From: Nitrospinales bacterium | Lineage (GTDB): Bacteria > Nitrospinota > Nitrospinia > Nitrospinales > VA-1 | NCBI GenBank assembly: GCA_965223795.1 | Contig: CBDCXL010000002.1 | Coordinates: forward strand, 2,784,001 to 2,848,000 | Direction: 5' to 3' | DNA length: 64,000 nt | In this document: piece by piece, positions 51,386-60,439 of the stretch | Layout: each line of letters starts with the position of its first letter | Position numbering within the stretch: position 1 is the stretch's first letter | Notes under the pieces: model-generated | Seen by the model: only the letters and a program-made list of their open reading frames with translations | What the model was told of the DNA's origin: nothing | The model's database searches: none | Translations under genes and position numbers: made by a program

Positions 51386-52179
51386 TATTTCTTCTTCGCT
51401 TCCTGCCAGAGTGCCTCCAGTTCGTCGAGGGGGGTGTCTTTCATCTGTTGGCCTTTTTGGGCGAGTTGCCGTTCCATGTGCTGGAACCGCTGGATGAATT
51501 TGTTGTTGGTGCCACGCAGGGCTTCTTCGGCGTCGATCTTCTGGAAGCGGGCGAGGTTGACGAGCACGAACAGCACGTCGCCGAACTCGCTTTCGATGTC
51601 GTTTTCTTTCCCTGACAGCACCGCTTCCTTGAATTCGGCGATCTCTTCGTCGAGCTTGTCGAACACGGCGGTGATCTGATCCCAGTCGAAGCCGTGCTTG
51701 GCGGCTTTCTTCTGCAGCTTCTGCGCGCGCGCCAGGCCCGGCAGGTGGTGCGGGATGCCGTCGAGCAGCGATTCGCGTTTTGATTTCCCTTTCTCGTTTT
51801 TCTTGATCTCCTCCCACTGGTGCACGACGGCGTCCGGCGTGTCGGCCTCGGCGTCCTTGAAGACGTGCGGGTGCCGCCGCACCATCTTGTCGGCGATCGT
51901 GTTTACCACGTCCTGTATGGCGAACTCTTTGTTGTTCTCGGCGATCTTGGCGTGGAACAGGATCTGGTAGAGCAAATCGCCCAGTTCCTCCTTGATGGCC
52001 TCGGGGTCGTTGCTGTCGAGCGCTTCCAGGGTTTCGTAGGCTTCCTCGACGAGGTAGGGCTTGAGGGTCTCGCGCGTCTGCACGCGGTCCCAGGGGCAGC
52101 CGTTCTCGCTCATGAGCGTGTTGACGATGGCGACGAGTTGTCCGAACGCCGCGGCCGGGTCTTTGCTTTCGTGTTTCAT
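51385..52179 (-). CDS. mazG: Nucleoside triphosphate pyrophosphohydrolase
   Basis: GCPWDRVQT, EEAYE, EELGDLL, RRHPHVF, EFGDVLF. Confidence 0.96.
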   Translation of the reverse strand: MKHESKDPAAAFGQLVAIVNTLMSENGCPWDRVQTRETLKPYLVEEAYETLEALDSNDPEAIKEELGDLLYQILFHAKIAENNKEFAIQDVVNTIADKMVRRHPHVFKDAEADTPDAVVHQWEEIKKNEKGKSKRESLLDGIPHHLPGLARAQKLQKKAAKHGFDWDQITAVFDKLDEEIAEFKEAVLSGKENDIESEFGDVLFVLVNLARFQKIDAEEALRGTNNKFIQRFQHMERQLAQKGQQMKDTPLDELEALWQEAKKK

Positions 52180-52222
52180 AAATTGTTACAGTGTCTTCAG
52201 GGTTGATGTTGGATGTGCAAAT

Positions 52223-53368
52223 TCAATCCGCCTCGATGAACTCCAGGATGACGGAATCGGCCAGGTACAGGCCTTCGGGCGACAGGGCCAGCCGCCCGCC
52301 TTCCCGCGTGATGAGGTTTTTCGCTTCCAGCCCGCGCACGGTGTCGCCGTACGCCGCGTCGAAGGAGGTGCCGAAGCGCCGCTCGAACGCGTCGATGGGC
52401 ACGCCGTCGAGCAGCCGCAGTCCCAGCATGAGCGTCTCGCCCATCGCCTGACGCGGTTTGAGCCGTTCGGCGAATTCGACGGCTTCTCCCTTTTGCTCGA
52501 TGTCGCGGATGTAATGCGAGGGCAGGGCGGTGTTCTTGAAACGCGCGCCGCCCAGGTGCGACACGGCTCCCGCGCCGAGACCCAGGGTGTCGCCGTTGTG
52601 CCAGTAGGTCAGGTTGTGGCGGCAGGCGAAGCCCGGCTTGCCAAAATTGGAGATCTCGTAATGCTCGTACCCCGCATCCTTGAGCACGGCGAGGGTTTTT
52701 TTGTAGAGCGCGAGCTGGTGCTCCTCCGGCGGCATGGTGAGCTTTCCCTGTTCGTGCAGTCTGTGAAACGCGGTGCCCGGCTCGATGGTGAGGTTGTAGG
52801 TGGACAGGTGCGGCGGATCGAAAGCCAGCGCCTTATTTAGATGCCCCTCCCATGTTTCCAGCGATTGGCCCGGAAGGGCGAACATGAGATCGAGGGAAAA
52901 ATTGTCGAAGCCCGCCTCTTTGATGGCCGCTACGGTGCGGTGCACGTCGGCGACGTCGTGGATGCGTTCGAGCAGTCTGAGTTCGTCTGCGTCGAAGGAC
53001 TGCACGCCGACGCTGATGCGGTTCACCCCGGAGCGGCGCAGGGTTTTCAGGGCGTCCGGCGTCAGGGTGGCGGGATTGGCCTCGACGGTGATCTCGCAAT
53101 CGGGATCGATTGTAAAATGGTCGCCGCAGGCTTCTAGGATCGCTTCCAGGGAAGCCGGGGGCAGGGTGGTGGGGGTGCCGCCGCCCAGAAAGATCGAGTG
53201 CAGCCGCGGGCGGTTCTCAGTACCCTGCGCCCGGTGCGCCATCTCGTTCACCAGTGCGGCCACGTAGGCGCTGGTTTCCCCGTGATTTACGGGATGCGAG
53301 TTGAAATCGCAGTAGCCGCATTTGTGGACGCAGTAGGGAATGTGGATGTATAAACCCAGCGAGTTCAT
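52223..53368 (-). CDS. hemW: Radical SAM heme chaperone
   Basis: LYIHIPYCVHKCGYCDF, GGGTPT, HYEISNF, HNLTYW. Confidence 0.9.
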   Translation of the reverse strand: MNSLGLYIHIPYCVHKCGYCDFNSHPVNHGETSAYVAALVNEMAHRAQGTENRPRLHSIFLGGGTPTTLPPASLEAILEACGDHFTIDPDCEITVEANPATLTPDALKTLRRSGVNRISVGVQSFDADELRLLERIHDVADVHRTVAAIKEAGFDNFSLDLMFALPGQSLETWEGHLNKALAFDPPHLSTYNLTIEPGTAFHRLHEQGKLTMPPEEHQLALYKKTLAVLKDAGYEHYEISNFGKPGFACRHNLTYWHNGDTLGLGAGAVSHLGGARFKNTALPSHYIRDIEQKGEAVEFAERLKPRQAMGETLMLGLRLLDGVPIDAFERRFGTSFDAAYGDTVRGLEAKNLITREGGRLALSPEGLYLADSVILEFIEAD

Positions 53369-53543
53369 GGTAAAATTTAAGTGTCGGCCCCTTTCTGCCG
53401 GGAAGCGGGCCCTTTTTCCGTGGTTTTTTCGATCGACTCCGCCTGCCGGAATGCGCCCGAAACGGCATCCCTGTAAGGGGTTGGGCCCGCCGGATCAGTG
53501 TACACTGGATGGCCTGGAGCGTGCGAATTTTAATGGACACTCT

Positions 53544-54461
53544 GTGATAAGGGAAGCGGTTTACAGATCCGGATACGTCAGCATCATCGGCAAGCCCAAT
53601 GTCGGGAAATCCACGCTGCTCAACCGGCTGGTGCCGAGGAAGATCGCGGCAATGTCCGGCAAGCCTCAAACGACCCGCAACAAGATCACCGGCGTGGTGC
53701 ACCTGCCCAGAGGGCAGATCATTCTGCTGGACACGCCGGGAATCCACCAGTCTTCGGCCAAGCTCAACCAGTTGATGGTGCGGGCGAGCCTCAGCACGCT
53801 CAACGACGTCGATCTGATCGCGTTCGTGATCGACGCGAAGGACGGGTTTCGGCCCGAAGACGAATTCGTGCTGGCGGAGCTTGAGAAGGTGCCGGCGCCG
53901 AAGATCCTGGTGATCAACAAGATCGACCTGGTGCCGAAGCCCAAGGTCCTGGGGCTGATGGCCGAGATGAACGATCGCGCGGCGTTCGATGAGATCGTGC
54001 CGGTCTCGGCGCTGCACCGCGACGGGCTGGATCTCCTCGGCGAGGTGGTGCTCAAGCGCCTGCCGGAAGGGCCGCGCTATTTCCCGGAGGATATGATCAC
54101 CGACTGCCCGGAGGAATTCCTCATGGGAGAGATCATCCGCGAGAAGATCATCCATCTGACCCATCAGGAGCTGCCCTATTCGGTGGCGGTGGTCGTGGAC
54201 TCGGTTGAGGAGAACGAACGCGGCGTGCTGATGCTGGACGCGACGGTGATCGCCGAGAAGCCGTCGCAGAAGAAGATTCTCATCGGCAACAAGGGCGCCA
54301 TGCTGAAGAAGGTGGGCACGCTGGCGCGCAAAGAAATCGAGAAACGTTTCGGCATCAAAACCTATCTAAGATTATTTGTGAAGGTCCAGTCCCGCTGGCG
54401 CGAGGACGACCGGTCCATTCAGGAGTTCGGATACGCGTATGATTCATATAAAGAGCGATGA
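53544..54461 (+). CDS. era: GTPase Era
   Basis: GKPNVGKSTL, QTTR, DTPG, NKID, KH domain. Confidence 0.97.
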   Translation: MIREAVYRSGYVSIIGKPNVGKSTLLNRLVPRKIAAMSGKPQTTRNKITGVVHLPRGQIILLDTPGIHQSSAKLNQLMVRASLSTLNDVDLIAFVIDAKDGFRPEDEFVLAELEKVPAPKILVINKIDLVPKPKVLGLMAEMNDRAAFDEIVPVSALHRDGLDLLGEVVLKRLPEGPRYFPEDMITDCPEEFLMGEIIREKIIHLTHQELPYSVAVVVDSVEENERGVLMLDATVIAEKPSQKKILIGNKGAMLKKVGTLARKEIEKRFGIKTYLRLFVKVQSRWREDDRSIQEFGYAYDSYKER

Positions 54462-55203
54462 AGAAATCGAGGTCATGAAGGAATCCTGCCGCCTGGCGGC
54501 GGAGGTGCTGATCATGATCGAGCCCTATGTGAAACCGGGCGTGACGACGGACTACCTCAACAATGTCTGCCACGATTACATCGTGTCGAAGGGCGCGACG
54601 CCGTCCCCGCTCAATTACCGGGGGTTTCCCAAGAGCATCTGCTCTTCGGTGAACGACGAGATCTGCCACGGCATTCCCTCGGACCGCAAGCTGCGCAACG
54701 GCGACGTGGTGAACCTGGACATCACCACCTACTTCAAGGATTTCCACGGCGACACCAGCAAGACGTTTTTCGTCGGTTCGCCGCGGGCGAAAACCTCCAA
54801 GCTGGTGGAGACCTGCCGGGAAGCGCTGCAGCGCGGCATCGAGGCGGTGAAACCGGGCGCCCGCACCGGCGACATCGGCCACGCCATCCAGAAATTCGTG
54901 GAGCCCAGGGGCTACTCCATCGTGCGCGAATTCTGCGGCCACGGGATCGGAAGGAACTTTCACGAAGAGCCACAGATCCTGCATTTCGGCCGGCCCGGCG
55001 AAGGGGTGGAGCTGAAACGCGGCATGGTGTTCACCATCGAACCGATGATCAATCTGGGGCAGCCCGATCTCAAGATCCTGCCGGACAAATGGACGGCGGT
55101 CACGAAAGACGGTTCGATCTCTGCCCAGTTCGAGCACACCCTGTGCGTCACCGCGGAAGGCGCGGAGGTGCTCACCCGCCTGGACGGCAAGACCAGTTTC
55201 TGA
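54439..55203 (+). CDS. map: Methionine aminopeptidase type I
   Basis: CHGIP, DIT..GDTS, GHGIG..FHEEP, TIEPMI, AQFEHT. Confidence 0.97.
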   Translation: MIHIKSDEEIEVMKESCRLAAEVLIMIEPYVKPGVTTDYLNNVCHDYIVSKGATPSPLNYRGFPKSICSSVNDEICHGIPSDRKLRNGDVVNLDITTYFKDFHGDTSKTFFVGSPRAKTSKLVETCREALQRGIEAVKPGARTGDIGHAIQKFVEPRGYSIVREFCGHGIGRNFHEEPQILHFGRPGEGVELKRGMVFTIEPMINLGQPDLKILPDKWTAVTKDGSISAQFEHTLCVTAEGAEVLTRLDGKTSF

Positions 55204-55499
55204 AAACCATCATTTTCTGCGCCGCCGCTTGTTGATCGGTGTTTTCGAAACGGCGGCCGCAGCCTGCATGGCAAGCCCTGCGGAGCCTGTCTATTCAGGC
55301 TTTAAAGCCCCCGCAGGGTTTTCGTAATTCCACTGCGTGTTCCCTCCTGATATTTGTTCTCACTTTGAAAATCATGAGTAAGTCTTTTAAAAATAGCGCT
55401 TTGAAAAGCTATTGCGTTTTGTTAGCTTGATGCTGACACCCGTTATTAAACTGCCCGCAACAGGGGTGCGTTCACTTTTACCATTCAGGAGGAAACACC

Positions 55500-55970
55500 A
55501 TGCAAGGGGATGCCAAAGTCATTGAAGCGCTGAACGATGTTCTGATGGCGGAGCTGACGGCGATCAATATTTATTACATTCATTACAAGATGCAGGAGAA
55601 CTGGGGCTACAAAAAGCTCGCCCACCATTCACGCGAAGAATCGATGGGGGAGATGAAGCACGGAGACCAGATCATCGAGCGCATCCTGTTTCTGGACGGG
55701 ACGCCGAACATGGCGCGCTACGACGAGATTCTGGTGGGCGACACCTGCGAGGAGCAGCTCAAGAACGAATACACGATCGAGACCAAACACGTGAAGCGGC
55801 TGCAAGGTCATATTCAGCTCTGCATCGATAAGAAGGATTTCGGCACCAAGGAGATGCTGGACAGAATCCTGGAAGAGACGGAAGAGAGCGTGGACTGGCT
55901 GGAAACCCAGTTCCAGCGCATCAAGGATGTGGGCATCGAAAATTACCTGGCCGAACACATGCACGAGTGA
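55500..55970 (+). CDS. bfr: Bacterioferritin
   Basis: MQGDAKVIEALN, ELTAIN.Y..H, EMKH, IERILFLDG. Confidence 0.93.
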   Translation: MQGDAKVIEALNDVLMAELTAINIYYIHYKMQENWGYKKLAHHSREESMGEMKHGDQIIERILFLDGTPNMARYDEILVGDTCEEQLKNEYTIETKHVKRLQGHIQLCIDKKDFGTKEMLDRILEETEESVDWLETQFQRIKDVGIENYLAEHMHE

Positions 55971-55980
55971 CCGCAAAAGA

Positions 55981-56018
55981 CACGCGCGGGAACCGTCCGC
56001 GGACGGTTCCCGCGTGCG
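55981..56018. terminator. Long GC hairpin between convergent bfr and fur
   Basis: cgcgggaaccgtc/gacggttcccgcg perfect stem. Confidence 0.7.
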
Positions 56019-56048
56019 CCGCTTTTACTTTCTTCTCTGTTTGCCGAC

Positions 56049-56501
56049 TCAAAGGTCCCGAGCGTTTTCTTCACGGCATTGCGGACAGATTCCGCTGATG
56101 TCCATGCGGTGATGGCTCAGGGCGAAGCCAAAGGACTGGCAGACCTCCTGTTGGTATTTTTCGATGAGCGGGTGCTCAAACTCCACAATTTTTCCGCACC
56201 GCACGCAGGTCAAGTGGTCGTGGTGCCCCTGCCTGTAGAGTTTTTCAAAGTACTTCTTGCTTTTCGGCCCGGCGCCGTCGTGCTCGCGCACCAACCCGCA
56301 TTCGGTCAGGAGGTTCATGGTGCGGTACACGGTGGCGATGCCGAGGGAAGGATCTTTCTTTTGCACCGCATTGTGCAGTTCTTCGATTCCCACATGCCCC
56401 TTGAACTGCAAAAACACCTCCAGCACAATTTTCCGCTGCAGCGTCCACCGCAAACGGTGCTCCTTCAGGAAATCCCTGAAAATCTGGGTCTCTCCCAGCA
56501 T
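56049..56501 (-). CDS. fur: Ferric uptake regulator family protein
   Basis: ATVYRTM, HHDHLTCVRCG, GICPQC. Confidence 0.92.
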   Translation of the reverse strand: MLGETQIFRDFLKEHRLRWTLQRKIVLEVFLQFKGHVGIEELHNAVQKKDPSLGIATVYRTMNLLTECGLVREHDGAGPKSKKYFEKLYRQGHHDHLTCVRCGKIVEFEHPLIEKYQQEVCQSFGFALSHHRMDISGICPQCREENARDL

Positions 56502-56520
56502 GGGGCGCTCCAAAAATATA

Positions 56521-56539
56521 AATGAGATTCATTATCATT
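56521..56539. promoter_or_regulatory. Fur box upstream of fur
   Basis: aatgagattcattatcatt, 7-1-7 TGAnAAT-n-ATTnTCA pattern. Confidence 0.7.
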
Positions 56540-56674
56540 ATTTTGGTTCCGCACGCAATGAAAAACTGGTGGAAGCTGCGATGCGCAGGGAATTTTGCGG
56601 GGCTGGCAGGGGAGTGGTGTCTAAACCCATGATTTTGATGATATAAAAAATTTTCACTTCGGCATTATTTTTTG

Positions 56675-56723
56675 TTGACGAATTCGGAGAAAGTGGTTAT
56701 TATTATTGAAAATCGTTCTCAAT
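56675..56723 (+). promoter_or_regulatory. Sigma70 promoter with adjacent Fur box
   Basis: TTGACG-17-TATTAT, then attgaaaatcgttctcaat at 56705-56723. Confidence 0.7.
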
Positions 56724-56747
56724 AAAGATTTCCGGGTAAAAAACAAT

Positions 56748-57002
56748 ATGTCTCGAGAAAACAGAACCATTCGAATTTGTTCCGGGGCGGGGTGCAAGGC
56801 CTGGGACTCCGAAAGCATGGCGCGCCAACTGGAAGGGCAGGCGGGCGGCAACGTCCGGGTCTGCCGGGTCGCCTGCATGAAAAAATGCGGCGGCGGGTTC
56901 AACGTGCTGGATTCCACCCGGCAGCAGGTCGTCAAGATCCGTCAGCCGGAAGAAGCGCTGCGTCTGTTCAACCTGCAGGAGCCGCAGGTGGCGATGGCCT
57001 GA
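56748..57002 (+). CDS. Thioredoxin-like (2Fe-2S) ferredoxin
   Basis: CSGAGC...CMKKCGGG Cys pattern. Confidence 0.75.
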   Translation: MSRENRTIRICSGAGCKAWDSESMARQLEGQAGGNVRVCRVACMKKCGGGFNVLDSTRQQVVKIRQPEEALRLFNLQEPQVAMA

Positions 57003-57030
57003 GCGCCAATCCGCTTTTTTTTCTCATTAA

Positions 57031-57049
57031 ATTGAGAATGGGTATCAAA
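57031..57049. promoter_or_regulatory. Fur box
   Basis: attgagaatgggtatcaaa. Confidence 0.55.
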
Positions 57050-57158
57050 ATCATAAGCTGTGAAATGGTATTAATCGCAAAGGGTTGGGGCAGTTCGGCT
57101 CGAACTCGTCTCAGGTCCATCCGGTTTGACGTCCGCTTTTGCGGGCAGGAAGTGTGAC

Positions 57159-57587
57159 ATGCCTCTATCACCGAAACGAATTCTATTGATCGACGGCGAA
57201 CCGTTGAAGCGCGTTCCCATCGTCAGCATGCTCAAGCGGTTCGGCTACATCGTGCAGACGGCGAACCGGAGCCGGGAAGCGGACGATCTGCTGCGCAAGC
57301 AGCGGTTCGATCTGATCATCGTGAACGACCGCCTGGCGGACATTCCCGGCATGGAATTTCTGAAGCGGACGCAAAAAGAGAGCAGCGGCCGGGTGATCTA
57401 TCTGTCCAGCAAGGGCAGCGTTGAGGAATTCGTGCAGATCGTCCAGCTCGGGGTGTACGAATACGTCCGCAAACCCATCAGCCCGGTGCAGTTTGCGGTG
57501 ATCGTCTGCGACTTTTTTATCGAAAACCTGCGGGAATTCCAATTGCCGCCGGAAACGGCCGGTCCCACGCGGAGCATCGGGGCATGA
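57159..57587 (+). CDS. Single-domain, atypical response regulator receiver
   Basis: ILLIDGE, DLIIVND, PGMEFL, YVRKP. Confidence 0.8.
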   Translation: MPLSPKRILLIDGEPLKRVPIVSMLKRFGYIVQTANRSREADDLLRKQRFDLIIVNDRLADIPGMEFLKRTQKESSGRVIYLSSKGSVEEFVQIVQLGVYEYVRKPISPVQFAVIVCDFFIENLREFQLPPETAGPTRSIGA

Positions 57588-57709
57588 GGATCGTCTGGGC
57601 GTTCAACGTCATCCTGGCCTTCGCCGCCCTGATTCTGATCGTCTCCGCCCTGGTCCGGCTGCTGTATTTCACGCTGCTGTCTGGAGAATTGTCGATCGCT
57701 GTGGGCTGA
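57584..57709 (+). CDS. 41-aa single-TM small protein (below ORF-track cutoff)
   Basis: ATGA overlap with upstream stop; MRIVWAFNVILAFAALILIVSALVRLLYFTLLSGELSIAVG. Confidence 0.55.
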   Translation: MRIVWAFNVILAFAALILIVSALVRLLYFTLLSGELSIAVG

Positions 57710-57970
57710 CGCGCCTGCGTTCCCCAGCGCATAAGAAGTTTCACATTTGGGTTTTCAGCGTTCTAAAAACACGGGTGCGGGGAACTGCTGGAAACCCGAA
57801 GGGTGGAGGGGGGTTGCGCCCCCTCCGCTTGCTTTCTATCCGCACTCTTGCAACTCAGTTGTCAACGGATTCCCACTCACAAGGGGTTGTGGCCGGAAAC
57901 CCATCCCTCAGGGAATCCTTGCAAACTCACACACAACCGCTCGAACGCAGCTCGTTTTTTAAATTTTGTT

Positions 57971-57989
57971 AATGAGATTTATTATCAAA
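57971..57989. promoter_or_regulatory. Fur box
   Basis: aatgagatttattatcaaa. Confidence 0.65.
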
Positions 57990-58158
57990 AAAACGGTCCC
58001 GTTCGGGGCGTGCGGGCATTGTTCGCGCTCGATCAGGCAAACCGCAACTATCTGAACTCTATATAGTTAAAGACTCTCACTCGTTTTTTCTCCCGGTGGC
58101 AGCGGGATTTTCAGGTTAATTTCCTGAATCTCCTGATCTTTTTTAATTGAAAAAATAT

Positions 58159-58202
58159 TTGACAGGAAGGGCATTTTAAATATAATGACAACCATTCTCA
58201 AA
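58159..58202 (+). promoter_or_regulatory. Consensus sigma70 promoter overlapped by a Fur box
   Basis: TTGACA-16-TATAAT; aatgacaaccattctcaaa at 58184-58202. Confidence 0.8.
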
Positions 58203-58278
58203 ATTGATCGCGCGTCGTTAGGTATTAATATTTGGATTTTAAGAACTTGAGCCTTTCAAAGGACTGAAGGAGGGAGGG

Positions 58279-59526
58279 GTGATGAAACGAAACTCCATTT
58301 TATGCACGATGCTGACCCTGTTGTTTTTATTGGGGACCACGCCGGTTTTCGGGCAGAGCGTCAGCGACCTGGAAAAAAAGATCGATCTGTTGTCCGATGA
58401 GATCGAAAGCCTGAAACTCGGTGGCGGCGGATCGAGCGCGCCCGACCGCGTCAAGATTCACGGCTACGGCGAGGTGCACTTCAATCACAAGCCGGGCGGC
58501 GGCCAGACCGAGATCGACAGTCACCGGTTCGTCATCGGCGTGCACGCCCAGCTGGCCGACTGGATCCACCTCAATGCGGAGATCGACTTCGAGCACGCGG
58601 CGCAGGAGCTGGAATTCGAGTTCGGTTACCTCGATTTCCTGTTGAACCCGGCGGTCAACGCGCGGGCGGGTGTGGTGCTGGTGCCGGTCGGATTTTTGAA
58701 CGAATTTCACGAACCGAACCTGTTCTGGTCCGTGGAGCGTCCGTTTTTCCACAACCGGATCATCCCCACCACCTGGTCCGCCGGCGGTGCGGGTATCTTC
58801 GGAACGCCCGCGGAAGGCATCAACTACCGCCTGTACGGAGTCGCCTCTTTGCAATCGTTGCGGCCCGCGGGGTTTGATGCCGGCGGCGGCAACGGCGGCG
58901 GCGGCAACTCCGGCCAGTTCACCGGATCGAGCGGCATCCGCAGCGGCCGTCTGCAGGTCAACGAGCGCATCGCCGAGGACTGGGCGGCCACCGGCCGGCT
59001 GGAAGTGGCGAAATGGGTTCCGGGGCTGCAGCTCGGCGTTTCCTTCTACGCGGGCAACACCACCCACGACATCATCGAGGAAGGCGGGTTCCTGTTCCTG
59101 ATCGAAGGCGACATGAAATACCGCTTGAAATGGTTCGAGATGAACGCCAGCATCGCCAACATCGACATCAACGATTCCGAGGCGATCAATGCGTTCTGCG
59201 CCAGCGCGGTGGGCAATTGTACGTCCGACGTCGCGGACAACATCTTCGGCTGGAACGTGCAGGCCGGCGTGCACCTGCCGCAGCTGATGGGCTGGAACAC
59301 CACGCACGATGTGGTGCCGTTCATCCTGTACGAGAAGATCCGGCCGCAGGACAGCCTGTCGGGTGTGGACAACCCCAACCGGGCGAACAACTTCGACGTG
59401 ATCACCGCGGGTGTGTCCTACCTGCCGATCCCGGCCGTCGCTTTGAAGATGGACTACCAGCACTTCATGCTCGGTGACAACACCACCACCGACCAGTTCA
59501 ACGTGGGGATCGCCTACATGTACTAG
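58279..59526 (+). CDS. Outer-membrane porin (OprO/P-like) with N-terminal coiled coil
   Basis: Signal peptide, IHGYGEVHF, EIDFEH, NEFHEP, IIPTTW, C-terminal aromatic residue. Confidence 0.8.
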   Translation: MMKRNSILCTMLTLLFLLGTTPVFGQSVSDLEKKIDLLSDEIESLKLGGGGSSAPDRVKIHGYGEVHFNHKPGGGQTEIDSHRFVIGVHAQLADWIHLNAEIDFEHAAQELEFEFGYLDFLLNPAVNARAGVVLVPVGFLNEFHEPNLFWSVERPFFHNRIIPTTWSAGGAGIFGTPAEGINYRLYGVASLQSLRPAGFDAGGGNGGGGNSGQFTGSSGIRSGRLQVNERIAEDWAATGRLEVAKWVPGLQLGVSFYAGNTTHDIIEEGGFLFLIEGDMKYRLKWFEMNASIANIDINDSEAINAFCASAVGNCTSDVADNIFGWNVQAGVHLPQLMGWNTTHDVVPFILYEKIRPQDSLSGVDNPNRANNFDVITAGVSYLPIPAVALKMDYQHFMLGDNTTTDQFNVGIAYMY

Positions 59527-59659
59527 GCGTTTCTCCTCTCGGTCCCGGTATCTTGTGCCACGATTCTCCTCCAAGGGGCACAAGATGCCGGGATTTTTTT
59601 TCTCCCTCCCAGGTTTTCCCCCTATAATGAAGGGCTGTGGCTTTCTGGAAAGGGGTTTC

Positions 59660-60247
59660 GTGTTGAATTTCAGACAATCCAGGCGCGGCGCGGGGATTTC
59701 CGGCGTCCTGCTTTTCCTGCTGCTCTGGGCCTGGCCCGGCTTCGCCGAAGACGAGGAGAAGGTTCTCGACGTTCAGGTCTACCTCACCAAGAAGCAGGCC
59801 CTGGAGATCGCCTTTCCGGGTGCCGACAAGATCGACAAGGAACGCAAATGGCTGGATGAGAGCCAGGCCAAAGCCATCAGCGCGCTGCTGGGGCAGAAGA
59901 TCCACGAGAACCGGTTCACTTATTACGTGGGCAAGAAGGGCGGCAAGCCGATGGGCTACATGGTGATCGACCACATCATCGGCAAATCCTTCCCCATCAC
60001 CTTCATGGTGGTGCTCAACGTGGACGGCAGCGTGCGCGACGTCGAGGTGATGGTCTACCGCGAGCCGCGCGGCTGGGAAGTGCGCTACCCCAACTTCATG
60101 AGCCAGTTTTTCGGCATGAACGCGGGCTCGGATTTCAGGGAGATCAACTCCATCACCGGGGCGACCCTGTCCGTGCGTTCCATCACCCTCGGCGTGAAAA
60201 AGGCCGTTTCCGCCTACAAAGTGCTCTACCTGGATGCGGGCAAATAG
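59660..60247 (+). CDS. Extracytoplasmic FMN-binding domain protein
   Basis: Signal/TM segment, YREPRGWEV, SITGATLS flavinylation motif. Confidence 0.85.
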   Translation: MLNFRQSRRGAGISGVLLFLLLWAWPGFAEDEEKVLDVQVYLTKKQALEIAFPGADKIDKERKWLDESQAKAISALLGQKIHENRFTYYVGKKGGKPMGYMVIDHIIGKSFPITFMVVLNVDGSVRDVEVMVYREPRGWEVRYPNFMSQFFGMNAGSDFREINSITGATLSVRSITLGVKKAVSAYKVLYLDAGK

Positions 60248-60304
60248 CGCGGGCCGCGAATCCGCATCCGTCCGGATGCCCCAACCCCCCACAAAGAGGA
60301 CGGC

Positions 60305-60436
60305 ATGGCGCAGGATGACAACGATCCGGCAAAACGCAAAAAGGAACGGCTGAACTTTATCCTGCTCTTTATCGGTCTCGCGGTGGCGGGGTTTTCCTTC
60401 GCCTGGCACATCGTTCCCCTGTTTCTAGGGCCCTGA
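60305..60436 (+). CDS. 43-aa single-TM small protein (below ORF-track cutoff)
   Basis: AGAGGA RBS; MAQDDNDPAKRKKERLNFILLFIGLAVAGFSFAWHIVPLFLGP. Confidence 0.6.
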   Translation: MAQDDNDPAKRKKERLNFILLFIGLAVAGFSFAWHIVPLFLGP

Positions 60437-60439
60437 CCC

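Noticed and set aside
57778..57805. Group I intron core (gaactgctggaaaccc)
   Set aside because: The complementary Q, R and S elements are not found and no gene is interrupted
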